A program made the translations under genes and the position numbers. 64,000 bases of DNA from an uncultured Gemmatimonadales bacterium (GTDB lineage: Bacteria; Gemmatimonadota; Gemmatimonadetes; Gemmatimonadales; GWC2-71-9). Shown piece by piece: positions 18,905 to 31,033 of the stretch. Where the stretch lies: the NCBI GenBank assembly GCA_963842945.1, contig CAWJIM010000021.1, positions 128,001 through 192,000 on the forward strand, given 5' to 3'. Each line of letters starts with the position of its first letter. Within the stretch, counting starts at the first letter, position 1. Below the pieces are notes generated by a model. That model was not told where the DNA came from, did no database searches, and saw only the letters and a list, made by a program, of their open reading frames with translations.

Positions 18905-19582
18905 ATGCGGCTTCTGGTTACCGGTACCGACATCGGCGTAGGCAAGACGTGGGTTGCCTGTGCCCTGGCGCGCGCGCTCATAGAGACAGGGAAGTCGGTG
19001 GTCGCCATCAAACCGGTGGAGACCGGCTGTTCGGGTCAGCCGAGCAAGCGAGAGGATGGAGTGCGGCTGGCGCGGGCGACGGGGCAGAGTCAGCCGGCGC
19101 ACGCGATCATTCGCCTGCCAGAACCGGTAGCCCCGGTGCTGGCCAGCGAACGGGCCGGCGCGGAGATCGATTTCGATGCCCTCATCCTGAAAATCGAGCG
19201 CTTCAGCGAAGGGCCGGAGGTTGCCCTCATCGAGGGAACGGGAGGGTTGCTCGCGCCGGTGACCTGGGAATGGAACATGGTGGACCTGGCGCGATCGCTG
19301 GGCGCGGCGGCCCTGGTGGTCGCGGCCGACCGCCTAGGGACGATCAATCACACTCTGCTGACACTGAGTGCGCTGGAACTGGCCGGCGTCCCGGCTGCAG
19401 GAGTGGTGCTGACCACCCCGGAGCGGAAAGATCAGTCTGCGGGGACCAACGCGGCCGCCATCGGCCGGCTCTCCGGAGTGGACCGTGTGCTCACGCTGCC
19501 CCGTTCGGAAGACGATTCGGCGGCCGCCGGTCTGGTTGCGCCGGTGCTGGAGTGGCTGCCGCGGGTGGGAGCGCCGGCCTGA
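18905..19582 (+). CDS. bioD: Dethiobiotin synthase
   Basis: VTGTDIGVGKT P-loop, IKPVETG, IEGTGGLLAP, LGTINHTLLT. Confidence 0.9.
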   Translation: MRLLVTGTDIGVGKTWVACALARALIETGKSVVAIKPVETGCSGQPSKREDGVRLARATGQSQPAHAIIRLPEPVAPVLASERAGAEIDFDALILKIERFSEGPEVALIEGTGGLLAPVTWEWNMVDLARSLGAAALVVAADRLGTINHTLLTLSALELAGVPAAGVVLTTPERKDQSAGTNAAAIGRLSGVDRVLTLPRSEDDSAAAGLVAPVLEWLPRVGAPA

Positions 19583-19614
19583 CCGCGCGCTAGCGCGCCA
19601 CCACCGAGCTTAAC

Positions 19615-21981
19615 TCACTCTGCCGCCGCCTTCCCCAGCTCCTCGTCTATGGCGTCGAGCACCCAGCGCCTGACCCAGGCACGCTTGTCGTCGCGGTGAC
19701 GAACCAGAATGCTCAGAGCCTGGCTGTCGCCGTCTCTCGCGCGGGTGGCGAGGGTGATCGCTGCCAGCTCCTGCTGGCCCAGGACTTTCTCCAAACCATC
19801 CACAATTGCTGAATCCGCCACCCGAACCGACGCTGCTATCGCCGCCGTCTGAATCACGTCACGGTACGAGGGCGTGCTCAGCCCGGCCAGCACGACAGAC
19901 CTCGAGCCGGGCGGATCGACGCGCGCGAGCACCGCGAGCGCCTGGGCTCGCACCTGATAGCTGGAGTCCTTCTGCCAGGCTGCGGCCGCCAGCTCCCGGG
20001 CCTTCTCTCCTCCCAATGAGCCCAGCGCCGCCAGCGCCGCCACGCGCACCGCAGCGGAGGTGTCGCGGGTAGCCACCTCCAGGGCCGGAAGAGCGACCCT
20101 CGGCTCAAATCGGCCCAGTGCGACGGCCGCCTCGGCTCGCACCCGGTAATAGTCCGCCGAGCGGGTGGCCCGGGCCAGGGCAACGGCTGCCACGGAGTCG
20201 CTGGTCCTCCGAGCGAGCTGCTCGATGACCCAGGCCCGATTCCACAGGTTGGGGTCTCGGGCCAGCTGCATCTCCAGCCACGGCAGTGGGCTGCTCGAAC
20301 GTGAGCGACTTCAGCAGCGCATTGTCTTCATCGAACACCACCATTGTCGGGGCCGACCGGAGGCCTTCGATCCGGAGCACCTGTTCCCGCTGATCCAGCA
20401 TCACCCGGCTTCGGACATCGCCGCGCGCAGTAGCCACGCGAACCGAGACCTGGCCCCGGAACACGGCCGGCGTCGAATAACGGAGACCGGTGCTGTCGGC
20501 CTTGGCCGTGTCCGCTTGCGTCTGTCTCACGGTGAGGGTCAGCGATCCATCCAGCGAATCGTAGGCGGTGCTCACCACCAACTCGGGATAGCCGGCCTGG
20601 TACACCCACTGGTTCCAGAACCAGCTCAGGTTCCGGCCGGTGGCGTCGAGCACCGCGCGCCGGAGATCGTCGCTCGGCGCGTTGCCGAACGCATGTCGGG
20701 TCAGATACCGGTTGATCGAGGCCCAGAACCGCTCGGGGCCGAGCTGCTTCTTCAGCATCTCCAGCACCAGAGCCCCTTTGACGTAGACGTTGTTGGAGTT
20801 GAACGCGGCAAGGGGAACCCGCCGCCGGGCATCGAGCTCCAGAAACTGGCGGTACTCGTCGAGGTAGAAGTCCTCTTCGTCACGGCGGCCCAGCTTGGTC
20901 GCCCAGTACTGCCCCGCCATGAACTCGGCCATGCCCTCGTTGAGCCAGTAGTTGGACCAGTTTCCGTAGTGACCAGGTTGCCGAACCACTGGTGGGCCAG
21001 CTCGTGCGGGATCAGCGATCGGTGGTACCAGGGACGGTCCCGGTAGGCCCGCGCATCGGGAAGCCAATCCACCAATGTCGTGGCGCCGACGTTCTCCATG
21101 CCGCCGATGAAGTCGGTGACTGTGGCCTGCGAGTACTGGGGCCAGGGGTATTTCACCCCGGTGAGCCGGGTGTAGACCTCCATCATATCGGGCGTCATGC
21201 CGAACAGCCGGCGGGCGCTGGGGGCATCCTCGGGGTAGACGTAGTAGCTCAGGGGGATATCGCGCCACTTCTCGCTCAGCCTTGGTGAACGGGGCGATCA
21301 CCAGTGAGATGAGATAGGTCGACGCCGGCCGCTCCTGCCGCCACTGCACCGTGTGGGTCGTCGCTTGGCACCGGGCGCATCGCTGATCTGCCGCCCGTTG
21401 GAAACGACGGTGTAAGCGGCCGGGACCGTAGCGATCAGGTCCCAGGTGGCCTTGTCGTGCGGAGCCGCGTAGGTGGGAATCCAGTTGGGATTTCCGTCGG
21501 TGCCGCCTCCGCTGTAGATCTGCTGCGGGCGATGCGGCCGACCCGGTTCGGCCTTGAAGAAGTAGAGTCCCCGGCCCTGCCTGATCTTTCCCCGGTAGTC
21601 GATGGTGAAGCGGACCGTGTCGCGGAAGCCGGCGGGCTTCGGCAGGCGGACTGTGATAGAGTCTCCGGGTCGACTGAACCGGAGGGGAACCGCCCGACCG
21701 CCCGACTTCCCGACCGTCCCCTTTACCGACCGAACCGCGAGCCGGCGGCCCATGTCCAGCACGATCGAATCCAGTCCGGGCCTGAGCGACACGATCGTGG
21801 TGGTGACCTTGCCGTCGAAGGCGGTTGCGTCCCAGTCGAAGTTGCGGACTTCGATCCGCTGGTGGATCAGGTCGTAATCGTGCGAGGGAGTGTCGCGGCC
21901 GGTGAGGATCCGCTCGGCGTTGGTTTGCTGGGCAGCGAGCATGGATGATGAGGGGCCAAGCAGCCCCAGCAGAATCCTCAT
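19615..21981 (-). CDS. M1 family aminopeptidase with C-terminal HEAT repeats (several frameshifts)
   Basis: GGMEN, HELAHQWFGNLVT, WLNEGMAEF, YVKGALVL motifs across frames; signal peptide at 21981; HEAT repeats in 19615..20271. Confidence 0.9.
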
Positions 21982-22048
21982 CCCGAGCCAAAGTCGAATC
22001 TAGTCCCTCGGCAGATCCCTCGCTGAGCGACGGGATGCTCGGGATGAG
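21977..22048. repeat. REP-like hairpin (TCATCC-GAGC family) overlapping the aminopeptidase start codon
   Basis: CTCATCCCGAGC (21977-21988) pairs with GCTCGGGATGAG (22037-22048); contains AGATCCCTCGCT. Confidence 0.6.
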
Positions 22049-22059
22049 TGCATTCGCGA

Positions 22060-22743
22060 TCACAGAGACAGGGTCAGCTGCGCGAGCGGAGCAAAGGTGA
22101 GGCGGTGATGCCGGGTGGGGCCGTTGATCCGGAGACCTTCCTGGTGCTCCTCGGTGCCGTAGCCGACGTTGGTGTGCCAGCCGTAGCCGGGATGCCGCGC
22201 GGCGAGCCGGTGCATCAGTCGGTCGCGGACGGTCTTGGCGAGAATGGCGGCGGCGGAGATGGACTGGCAGCGGGCGTCCCCGTCGACCAGCGCCTCATGG
22301 GCATAGCCGATCTCGGGCAGCGGAAGGCCGTCGATGAGGATGCGGTAGGATCGTCCGCTGTCGAGATAACCTCTGCCACACTGGCCTAGAGGAAAGCGGG
22401 CCAGTGACGAGCGGCGGATCAGACAGGCGATGGCCCGCCGCATCGCCATGGCGGTGGCGACCCGGATGTTGTAGCGGTCGATCTCATGGGCCGAGGCGGC
22501 GCCCGACCCCGAAGGCCATGGCCCCCGGCGCCCGAATCCGTTCGGCCAGGCGGGCCCTGACTGACGCTGGAAGGATCTTGCTGTCGCGGAGTCCGCGGAC
22601 GCGGAGCAGCCGATGGGAAAGACAACGGCCGCGGCCACCACTGGTCCTGCCAGGGGGCCACGGCCGGCCTCGTCAACCCCGACGAGGAGATGCTCCTCCG
22701 CCCAAACGGCCCGTTCGCGGACCAGTGTGGGGCGAGGGGCCAT
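22060..22743 (-). CDS. rnhB: Ribonuclease HII (local frameshifts near 22500-22600)
   Basis: GVDEAGRGPLAGPVVAAAV, DGDARCQSISAAAILAKTVRD, HHRLTF. Confidence 0.93.
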   Translation of the reverse strand: MAPRPTLVRERAVWAEEHLLVGVDEAGRGPLAGPVVAAAVVFPIGCSASADSATARSFQRQSGPAWPNGFGRRGPWPSGSGAASAHEIDRYNIRVATAMAMRRAIACLIRRSSLARFPLGQCGRGYLDSGRSYRILIDGLPLPEIGYAHEALVDGDARCQSISAAAILAKTVRDRLMHRLAARHPGYGWHTNVGYGTEEHQEGLRINGPTRHHRLTFAPLAQLTLSL

Positions 22744-22748
22744 GCGGC

Positions 22749-23096
22749 TCAGCTCTCGCGCTTCTCCCGGATCCGGGCGGCCTTGCCGCTCAGCGCGCGC
22801 AGATAGTACAGCTTGGCGCGGCGCACCCGTCCCCGGCGGACCAGCTCGACCGAGGCGATCGTGGGGCTGTGCATCGGGAAGAGGCGCTCGACCCCGACAC
22901 CCGCGGAGATCTTGCGGACCGTGAAGGTCTCGCTGATGCCGCCACCCCGCTTGGCGATGACCATCCCCTCGAACGCCTGGAGGCGCTCCTTGTCACCCTC
23001 GCGGACGCGAACCATGACCCGGACGGTGTCTCCCGGATCGAATGCAGGAATGTCCGTGCGCAAGCCCTCACGGGCCACCTCTGCCAATCGCTCCAT
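22749..23096 (-). CDS. rplS: 50S ribosomal protein L19
   Basis: [39 protein letters not shown]. Confidence 0.98.
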   Translation of the reverse strand: MERLAEVAREGLRTDIPAFDPGDTVRVMVRVREGDKERLQAFEGMVIAKRGGGISETFTVRKISAGVGVERLFPMHSPTIASVELVRRGRVRRAKLYYLRALSGKAARIREKRES

Positions 23097-23173
23097 GGTC
23101 CGAATCCTCCGCTCGGTCCAGCGCCTGATGAACTGAAAAACTGCAACGATCTTAGAATCAGCGAGCCGCGATT

Positions 23174-23222
23174 TGTCATCTGCTCCGGACGGCTGGATCC
23201 TTCGCTTTCGCTCAGGATGACA
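23174..23222. repeat. REP-like element (GGATCCTTCGCTTTCGCTCAGGATGACA)
   Basis: TGTCATC...GATGACA hairpin; same family as the copies at 23911 and 36411. Confidence 0.75.
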
Positions 23223-23897
23223 GGTGCTTCTCCCACAAATCCGGCCGCCGCTCGTCGCGTCAGCCGCTCGGACTCCTGCTGCCGCCAGGCCTCGATCTCT
23301 GCGTGGTTGCCGGAGCGCAGCACCTCAGGCACCTCGAGCCCACGATACTCCGGCGGCCGGGTATAGCTCGGCGGGCTCAGCAGCCCCGTCGTAGTGCGAG
23401 TCGGAGCTGGCCGACTCGTGATCGCTCAGCGCCCCCGGCAGCAGCCGCACCACCGCATCCAGCACGCAGAGCGCCGCGGGCTCTCCCCCCGATAGGACGA
23501 AGTCGCCGATCGACAGCTCCTCGGTGGCCAGCCCGTCCGCCACCCGCTGATCCACGTCCTTGTAGTGGCCGCAGAGCAGGGTCAGCCGTTCGCCCAGCGA
23601 GAAGCGCACCGCGTCGTCGTGGCTGAATCGCCGGCCCCGAGCCGACAGCAGCACGATGGGCCCGGTGGGCCGCAGGGTTTCCACCGCCTCGAAGAACGGC
23701 TCCGGCTTCAGCACCATCCCCGCACCGCCGCCGTAGGCGTAGTCATCCACCGTGGCGTGGCGGTCGTGGGTGAAGTCGCGCAGCTGCACCAGCCGGAACT
23801 GCACCAACCCCGCCGCTGCGGCCCTGCCCGGTATGCTCGCCGCCACGTACGGGGCGATGACTTCGGGGAACAGGGTGACGACATCGATGGTCAACAC
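23212..23897 (-). CDS. trmD: tRNA (guanine37-N1)-methyltransferase (frameshifts near 23385 and 23250)
   Basis: [43 protein letters not shown]; the corrected end ..DLWEKHLSS* uses a TGA at 23212-23214. Confidence 0.93.
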
Positions 23898-23910
23898 GGG
23901 GCACCTCGAC

Positions 23911-23934
23911 TGTCATCCTGAGCGAAGCGAAGGA
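23911..23934. repeat. REP-like element TGTCATCCTGAGCGAAGCGAAGGA
   Basis: Exact reverse complement of the core of the copy at 36411-36437. Confidence 0.75.
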
Positions 23935-23965
23935 GCCGACATACCGTCCCGTACCGCCTGTCCGC

Positions 23966-24483
23966 CTACTCCATCAACCCTTCCGGCGGCGTCACCACTA
24001 ACCGCCGGCCCGCCCGATCCACCTCCCGCACGAACTCCTTCTTGTACGGCAGGAGGAACTCGCGCTTCGGCCCCTGCACCTCGATCATCACTCCCGACGG
24101 CAGCTCGTACACTGCGGAGACCAGACCGAGCGGCGTCTCGTCGGCAAGCCGCACCGAGAAGCCGTCCAGCTCATGGAGGTAGACCTCGTCGTCCGCCAGC
24201 GGGGTCAGCTGATCGGCCGGCACCGCCGAGAAAGGTGCCCCGGAACGGATCCAGCGCGTCGCGGCTCTCCACCCCCGCAAACTTCACCAGCCACTCGCGA
24301 TGGTACTCCCGGCTGCGCTCGACCGTGAGCGGACCGGCCACCGTCTCTCCGCCAGGTTCACCACCCAGATCTGCCGGCCCGGCGCGAAGTGGTAGCCGGG
24401 CTCGCCGTCAGGGGGAAGAGGGTGCAGTCACCCTTCAGCCCGTGGGGCTTCCGGAGCCGGCCGACCACGACGTAACCGGTCAC
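23966..24483 (-). CDS. rimM: Ribosome maturation factor RimM (frameshifted; start approximate)
   Basis: VVGRLRKPHGLKG; DEVYLHELDG..LLPYKKEFV..PPEGL; position between rpsP and trmD. Confidence 0.88.
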
Positions 24484-24521
24484 GATGTCGGTCAGTACGC
24501 TAGTCGCTATCGTGTTCCCGC

Positions 24522-24796
24522 TTACGCCTTTCGCTGTTCCCGCTGTTTGGAACACCCCCGCCTGCTTCAGCAGCGACTGGACGGTGTCCGACGGCGTCGC
24601 GCCCTTGGCGATCCACTGCCGCGCCTTGTCCGCGTCGACCTTCACCTTGTCGGCGGTGGTTGCGCCCTTCGGGATTGTAGGTCCCGATGATCTCGATGAA
24701 GCGGCCGTCCCGCGGCGCTTCCTGGTCGGCGATCACGATGCGGTACAGCGGAAGCTTCTTCCGGCCGATCCGGCGGAGACGAATGCGAGTTGCCAT
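24522..24796 (-). CDS. rpsP: 30S ribosomal protein S16 (frameshifted; end approximate)
   Basis: [54 protein letters not shown]. Confidence 0.95.
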
Positions 24797-24816
24797 GTGG
24801 GTTCCTGGCGTACGGG

Positions 24817-26162
24817 TTAACCGGGGAATCCGCCGCGTCCGAAGGGCAGCTTCAGACCGGCGCCTCCGGTCTTCCCCGCGATCTTCATGAACTTCTGCAT
24901 CTGCTTGAACTGCGCGAGCAAGGTATTCACTTCCTGCACCGTGCGGCCCGATCCCTTGGCGATGCGCAGCCGGCGCTGGCCGTTGATCAGGTCCGGGTTG
25001 GCCCGCTCCTTCGGGGTCATCGAGAGCACGATGGCCTCGACGTGCTTGAGCTTCTTGTCGTCGAGCTTGGCCGCCTGCAGCATGGCCGGATTCATTCCTG
25101 GCAGCATGCCCGAGCACGTTCTTGAGCGGCCCCATCTTCTGCATCTGCCGCATGGCGCCAGGAAGTCGCCGAGGTCGAGCCCCTTCTTCGACGGTGACCT
25201 TCTTGGCCAGCCGCTCGGCTTCCTTCTCGTCGACCGCGCCCTGCGCCTTCTCCACCAGGGAGAGGATGTCGCCCTGCTGGAGGATCCGTCCCGCCAGCCG
25301 GTCGGGATGGAACGGCTCCAGCGCGTCCAGCTTCTCTCCCACGCCGATGTACTTGATCGGCGCGTGGGTGACTCCGTAGATCGAGAGCGCGGCGCCGCCC
25401 CGGGCATCGCCGTCCATCTTGGTCAGCACCACGCCGGTGATGCCGAGCGCGTCGTGAAATCCCTTGGCGATGCGGACCGCGTCCTGGCCGGTCATGCCGT
25501 CGGCGACGAGCAGGATCTCGTGGGGCGTGACCGCCGCCTTGAGCCGCTTGAGCTCGTCCATCATCTCGTCGTCGATCTGGAGCCGGCCCGCGGTATCCAC
25601 GATGACGGTTCGGGCCCGGGCCTTGCCGGCGGCCACGATGCCGTCCCGCACGATCTTCACCACATCCTGCGAGGCGTTGTCGCTGTGGACGCCCACGTCG
25701 ACCTGGCGACCCAGGGTATGCAGCTGGTCGATGGCCGCGGGACGATACACGTCTGCCGCCACCAGGAACGGCGCCTTCTGCTCCAGCTTGAGCCGGCGGG
25801 CCAGCTTGCCCGCCGTGGTGGTCTTACCCGAGCCCTGCAGTCCCACCAGCAGGATGACGGTCGGCGGCACCGTGGCGTAGGCGATCGGCGCCTGCTTCTC
25901 GCCCAGCAGCGCCACCAGCTCGTCGTAGACGATCTTGACCAGCTGGTGCCCGGGCCGGACCTCCTTGAGGGAGAGCGAGCCCGACCGCCTTGGCCTGCAC
26001 CCGCTCCAGGAAGTCGCGGGTCAGATCGAAGCTGACATCGGCCTCGAGCAGGATCCGCCGGATCTCCCGGAGCCCCTCCTTGACCGCGTCTTCCGTTAGA
26101 ACGCCCCGCCCGGTGAGCCTCTGGAGCGTGGCGTTGAGTTTGCTGGAAAGCTCGTCGAACAT
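24817..26162 (-). CDS. ffh: Signal recognition particle protein Ffh (frameshifted)
   Basis: [32 protein letters not shown]-domain [17 protein letters not shown]. Confidence 0.96.
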
Positions 26163-26222
26163 AAGCCCGTAAGGTTAGTCGCGAGCGGACTTTCTTCAAG
26201 GTCGAAAGGCTATATTCTCTCC

Positions 26223-28516
26223 GTGACCTCCCCTGCCAACAGTCGCCCCGAGCTCGAGGACCGACTTCAGGCCGCTCTCCACGAGCGCTATCGGTTGCAA
26301 CGCGCGATCGGCCGAGGCGGCATGGCTACGGTCTATCTCGCCGAAGACCTGAAGCACCGCCGCCCCGTTGCGGTAAAGCTGTTCCACCCCGACCTTGCCG
26401 AGAACCTGGGGTCCCAGCGGTTCCAGCGCGAAGTCGAGATCGCCGCACGGCTGAGCCATCCTCATATCCTCACCCTCATTGACTCGGGCCAGGGCAGCGG
26501 GTTGCTCTACTACGTGATGCCCTACATCAGCGGCGAATCACTTCGGGCCCGTCTCCGCCGCGAGCCGGAGCTCGCCATCAGCGACGCCGTCCGGATTGCT
26601 GTTGACGTCGCTTCGGCGTTGAGCTTTGCCCACGGGCAAGGCATCATCCACCGCGACGTGAAGCCGGAAAACATCATGCTCCACGAGGGCGAGGCAATGG
26701 TCGCCGACTTCGGCATTGCCAAGGCGTTGAGTGCGGCGGGGCGGGGACACTCTGACCCAGACCGGCTTCATTCTGGGCACACCGGCATACATGAGTCCGG
26801 AGCAGGCCGCCGGCGAGCAGATCGACGGCCGGAGTGATGTATACGCTCTGGGCTGTGTGCTGTTCGAGATGTTGTGCGGCGAGCCGCCATTCACCGGAGC
26901 GCCATTAGCCGCGCTCACCCGGCGTCTCGCGGCAGTCACCGCCCTCGGCCAGAGGGCGGCGGGTACATGTTCCCGAGGAGCTGGACCGGATCATCACGGG
27001 CGCTCTCCATCGGACTCCAGAGGGACGCTACACCGCCCAGGAGCTACTCTCGGCCCTGCGGCATCTGGGCTCCGAATCCACCGCCGCGCCGGCGGCTCCA
27101 ACCACAGGCACCGCTGAATTCAGGCCCGGCTCCATCGTGGTGCTGCCTTTCGCCAATCTGAGCCCAGACTCTGACAGCGAGTACTTCAGCGACGGCATGA
27201 CCGATGAGCTGATCAACGCGCTCACCCGAGGTCGAAGGACTGCACGTCGTTTCCCGCACGACGGCCTTCGCCTTCAAGGGGAAGCAGCTGGACGTCCGCA
27301 CCATCGGGAAGCAGCTCAACGTTCGCACCGCGCTGGAGGGCAGTGTGCGCAAGGCCGGCCGCCGGCTGCGGGTGTCGGCCCAGCTGACCGATGTCGGCAG
27401 ACGGCTATCAACTCTGGTCGGAAGTGTTTGACCGAGAGTTGGAAGACGTGTTCGCCATTCAAGAAGAGATCTCCCGGGCCATTGTCAGTGGACTCCGGCT
27501 GCGGCTGCTCGGGCCTGAAGTGCAGCCACCTGGTCCGCCCCGCGACCGATGACCTGGAGGCGTACACGCTGTACCTCAAGGGGCGCCAGCTGTGGAACCG
27601 GCGCACCGAGGAGGCGCTGCGGCTTGGGCTGCGTCACTTCGAGCGGGCACTGGAGCGCGACCCGCAGTACGCGATGGCTCACAGCGGAGTGGCGGATTCG
27701 TACTGTATCCTCGGGTTCTACACCGTGCTGCCGCCTGGAGAGGCGTTTCCCAGGGCCAAGGCCGCCGCTTTGACCGCCTTGCAGCTCGATCCCCGGCTTT
27801 CGGAAGCGCGACCTACCCTGGCCTACGTGAGCATGTATTACGAGTGGAACTGGGAAGAAGCCGAACGGCAGTTCCGGATGGCCATCAGCAGCAATCCAGG
27901 CTATGCGACGGCCCACCAGTGGTACGGCAACTTTCTCGCCCTCATGGGTCGGTATGACGAATCATTCGCTGAGTTTGCGAAGGCGGTCGCGCTGGATCCG
28001 TTGTCGTCGCTCAAGCTGGGAGCGCTGGGCTGGAGCTATTACTTCGCCCGCCGGTTCGACGACGCTGTCGGCCAATGCCGCCGAGCCCTCGAGCTCGATC
28101 CGCAGCTGGCTGTCGCACATCTCTGGCTCGGGCTGGGGCTGGATGGGGTCGGTCTGGTGAAGGAGGCGGTGAGCGCCTATGAGGAAGCTGTCCGACTCAC
28201 CCGAGGCGAGCCTCTCGCGCTCGCGTTCCTGACCCATGGCCTCGCCCGGGCTGGGCGAACCGGTGAGGCGCAACAGCGGTTCCGCGAGTTGAAGGATCTG
28301 AGCACCCGGCGGTATGTGTCGTCTTACGACATGGCAGTCATCTCTGCGGGTATGGGCCAGCTGGACGATGCACTGAGTCTGCTCGAGCGAGGGTACCGTG
28401 AACGCACTCACTGGATGGCGTTGCTTCAGGTGGATCCCCGGCTCGACCAACTCCGGGAAACCCCACGTTTCGCGCAACTGGTGGAATCGATGAAATTTCC
28501 GGAACGACGCACCTGA
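26223..28516 (+). CDS. Hanks-type Ser/Thr protein kinase with TolB-like and TPR domains (several frameshifts)
   Basis: [57 protein letters not shown] repeats. Confidence 0.92.
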
Positions 28517-28530
28517 ACGAGATCTCCAGC

Positions 28531-29787
28531 ATGCCCCCAATGCAAGAGATCACCAATCCCGAGGAAAGGCAGCGCAACCTCGACCGGATGAAGGCCAGGG
28601 CCACCGGGCTCCTGATCCTGATGGGGATCGTCTTCGTGCTCGCCCGGATGTATGAGGCCCAGCATCCCTGGCTCGGCTACCTCCGTGCCACGGCCGAGGC
28701 CTCGATGGTCGGCGGCATAGCCGACTGGTTCGCCATCACCGCGCTCTTCCGGCATCCTCTCAACATTCCCATCCCACACACCGCCATCATCCCCAACCGC
28801 AAGGACCGGATCGGCCGGAGCCTGGGCAACTTCGTCCAGAACAACTTCCTGTCGCCCGATGTCCTCACCGCCAAGCTCAAGGCGGCTCAGCTCAGCCGTC
28901 GGGCCGCCGAATGGCTCAGCCAGATGGAGCACGCGCGGATGGCAGCCGAGCAGGTGGGCTCGGTGCTCCGGGGAGCGGGCAACGTGGTGCGGGACGAGGA
29001 CGTCCACGCGCTGCTGGACCGGACCGTGGTCGAGCCGCTCCGGCAGATGCCGATTGCGCCGGTGCTGGCCAAGGGACTCGCCCTTCTCACGATCGATGCC
29101 CGGCACCAGCAGCTGCTCGACCGGGTGATCCATGGCCTCACCCGGCTGGTAGCCGAGAATGAGGAGCTGATCCGGGAAAAGATTCGGGAGGAGAGCCCCT
29201 GGTGGGTGCCGAAGGTGGTGGACGACCGGATCCACCAGAAGGTGCTGGGAGGAATCGAGCGAACCCTCTTCGAGGTGGGGGAGGATTCCGACCATCCACT
29301 GCGGCATCAGTTCGACGAGCTGCTGGCCGACTGGATGGTACAGCTACAGGAATCGCCCGAGGTCATCGCCCGGGCGGAGGCCATCAAGCAGCAGGTGCTG
29401 GACCCCGAAACCAGCGGGCGGCTGGCCGCCTCGCTCTGGCAGGAGTTGAAGCAGATCCTCGGCCGGCAGGACGCAGGCACCGATGGTGCTCCGGGACCCG
29501 TCGCCCGCGGACTCTCCGCGCTGGGCGTCGCTGCCCTGGAGGACGAGGCGCTGCTGGAGAAGATCGATGGCTGGGTGATCGGCGCGGTTTTGCGGGTCGT
29601 GGAGCAGCACCGGGGCGAGGTGGGTGGACTCATCGCTCAGACCGTGAGCTCGTGGGACCCAGAGGAGACCTCCCGGCGGATCGAGCTCCTGGTGGGCCGC
29701 GACCTGCAGTTCATCAGAATCAACGGGACACTGGTGGGAGGCCTGGTGGGCCTTCTGATCTACACGGTGACCCAGGCCCTGAGCTGA
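28531..29787 (+). CDS. DUF445 family membrane protein
   Basis: EASMVGGIADWFAITALFRHPL; GRDLQFIRINGTLVGG. Confidence 0.9.
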   Translation: MPPMQEITNPEERQRNLDRMKARATGLLILMGIVFVLARMYEAQHPWLGYLRATAEASMVGGIADWFAITALFRHPLNIPIPHTAIIPNRKDRIGRSLGNFVQNNFLSPDVLTAKLKAAQLSRRAAEWLSQMEHARMAAEQVGSVLRGAGNVVRDEDVHALLDRTVVEPLRQMPIAPVLAKGLALLTIDARHQQLLDRVIHGLTRLVAENEELIREKIREESPWWVPKVVDDRIHQKVLGGIERTLFEVGEDSDHPLRHQFDELLADWMVQLQESPEVIARAEAIKQQVLDPETSGRLAASLWQELKQILGRQDAGTDGAPGPVARGLSALGVAALEDEALLEKIDGWVIGAVLRVVEQHRGEVGGLIAQTVSSWDPEETSRRIELLVGRDLQFIRINGTLVGGLVGLLIYTVTQALS

Positions 29788-29822
29788 CCGTTTTTGCCTG
29801 GTTAGACGCCGATGGGCGGCGT

Positions 29823-31033
29823 CTAATGATCGAGCGTCGCCCGGGGAGGATTCTCCCAGCCCGGCCACGCCTGCGGCGCCAGCAGGTAACGAGTCGCCGG
29901 TTTCCCCTCGATCTCCAGGCGATCGAACGACGCACGATAGCCTTTGCGTTCGGTGCGCCGAAGCTTCTCGCCGAACCCCGTGGTAAACCGTTCTGCCGAG
30001 CGCGGGTCGTCCCACACCACGTACCAGATCAGCGCCGGTCCGTCGGGTGTCCGTACCACCCGATAGCGGTCACCACCCCAGCCCCGGGAAGCCGGCCTTC
30101 CTTGTCTGGGTTGCGCCTGAGAGCTGGGCCGCGAGGATCGAGACCTCACTCTCGCCCAGCACGTCCTCGTACAACATCCCCGAATCCCGAGGGAACCGGA
30201 GCTCAACCGGCACGTCGCCGCTGGCGTAGTGCTCCGGGAAGAGAACCTGTTCGGTGGATGAGGGCATCCTCGGCCCATAGGGCACCGTGTCCTTGAACTG
30301 CGATCCCTCCCACCAGTGCATGAACTCCGCGCCGGCCAGATAGGGAAAGACCAGCGCTTCCCGCACGATCAGCGGCGCCCGGGCGAACACCGGCATGGAT
30401 GCCTGCCCGGTCCGGATCTGTCCGGCGTACTCGCTCCAGAAATCCGGATCGCTGGTCGGGTCCATTTGGGGGGGAAACAACGCCTTCATCCCGCTCAGCG
30501 TTGCTTGGCCCTCCAACACCGACTGCGCCGCCGCCAACCGGTCGTTGTTCGACTTGTCATGCAGTATGGAATCGAGCGGAAGGCGCTCCCCCTGCAGCGC
30601 GTGCACCATCTCGTGGGCCACCACCACCCGTAGCTGAGCGGGGTCGGCTCCCTCGACACCGAACAGGGTAGCCGAATCCGGATCGTAGTACCCCGCCACC
30701 TGCTCGCTGTACAGCTCCAGCAGCAGAGGCCTGAGGTCGAGCGTATCGGGCAGGAGCCCGAACATTCGGTACGCGCGTCTCCAAGCCCTCGAGCTTTGCG
30801 GGGGGCAGCTCGTCGGCCAGCTTCCGGAGCAGGTACTGCCGCACCTGTTCCCGGGTCCGCAGGGCAGACTTGGGTGGTGACTTGAATCTGAGCCCGGTGG
30901 CGAGCTCCACCCGCCCGCGAAGGCTGTCGACCAAGCGACTCAGCGTATCGGGGCCGACTGGCCTGGGGCGCTCGCCTCGGCAAGCTACCGCCAGCCCAAT
31001 CAACGGCAGCAGACGCAGTACGGAAAATCTCAC
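29823..31033 (-). CDS. Putative zincin-like metalloprotease lipoprotein (frameshifted)
   Basis: Lipobox AVAC; EQVAGYYDP, AHEMVHALQ, LEGQAT, FPYLAG, GWGGDRY. Confidence 0.7.

Noticed and set aside
24358..25915. Apparent Ffh-S16 and S16-RimM fusions
   Set aside because: Produced by single-base errors; the canonical separate genes are recoverable.
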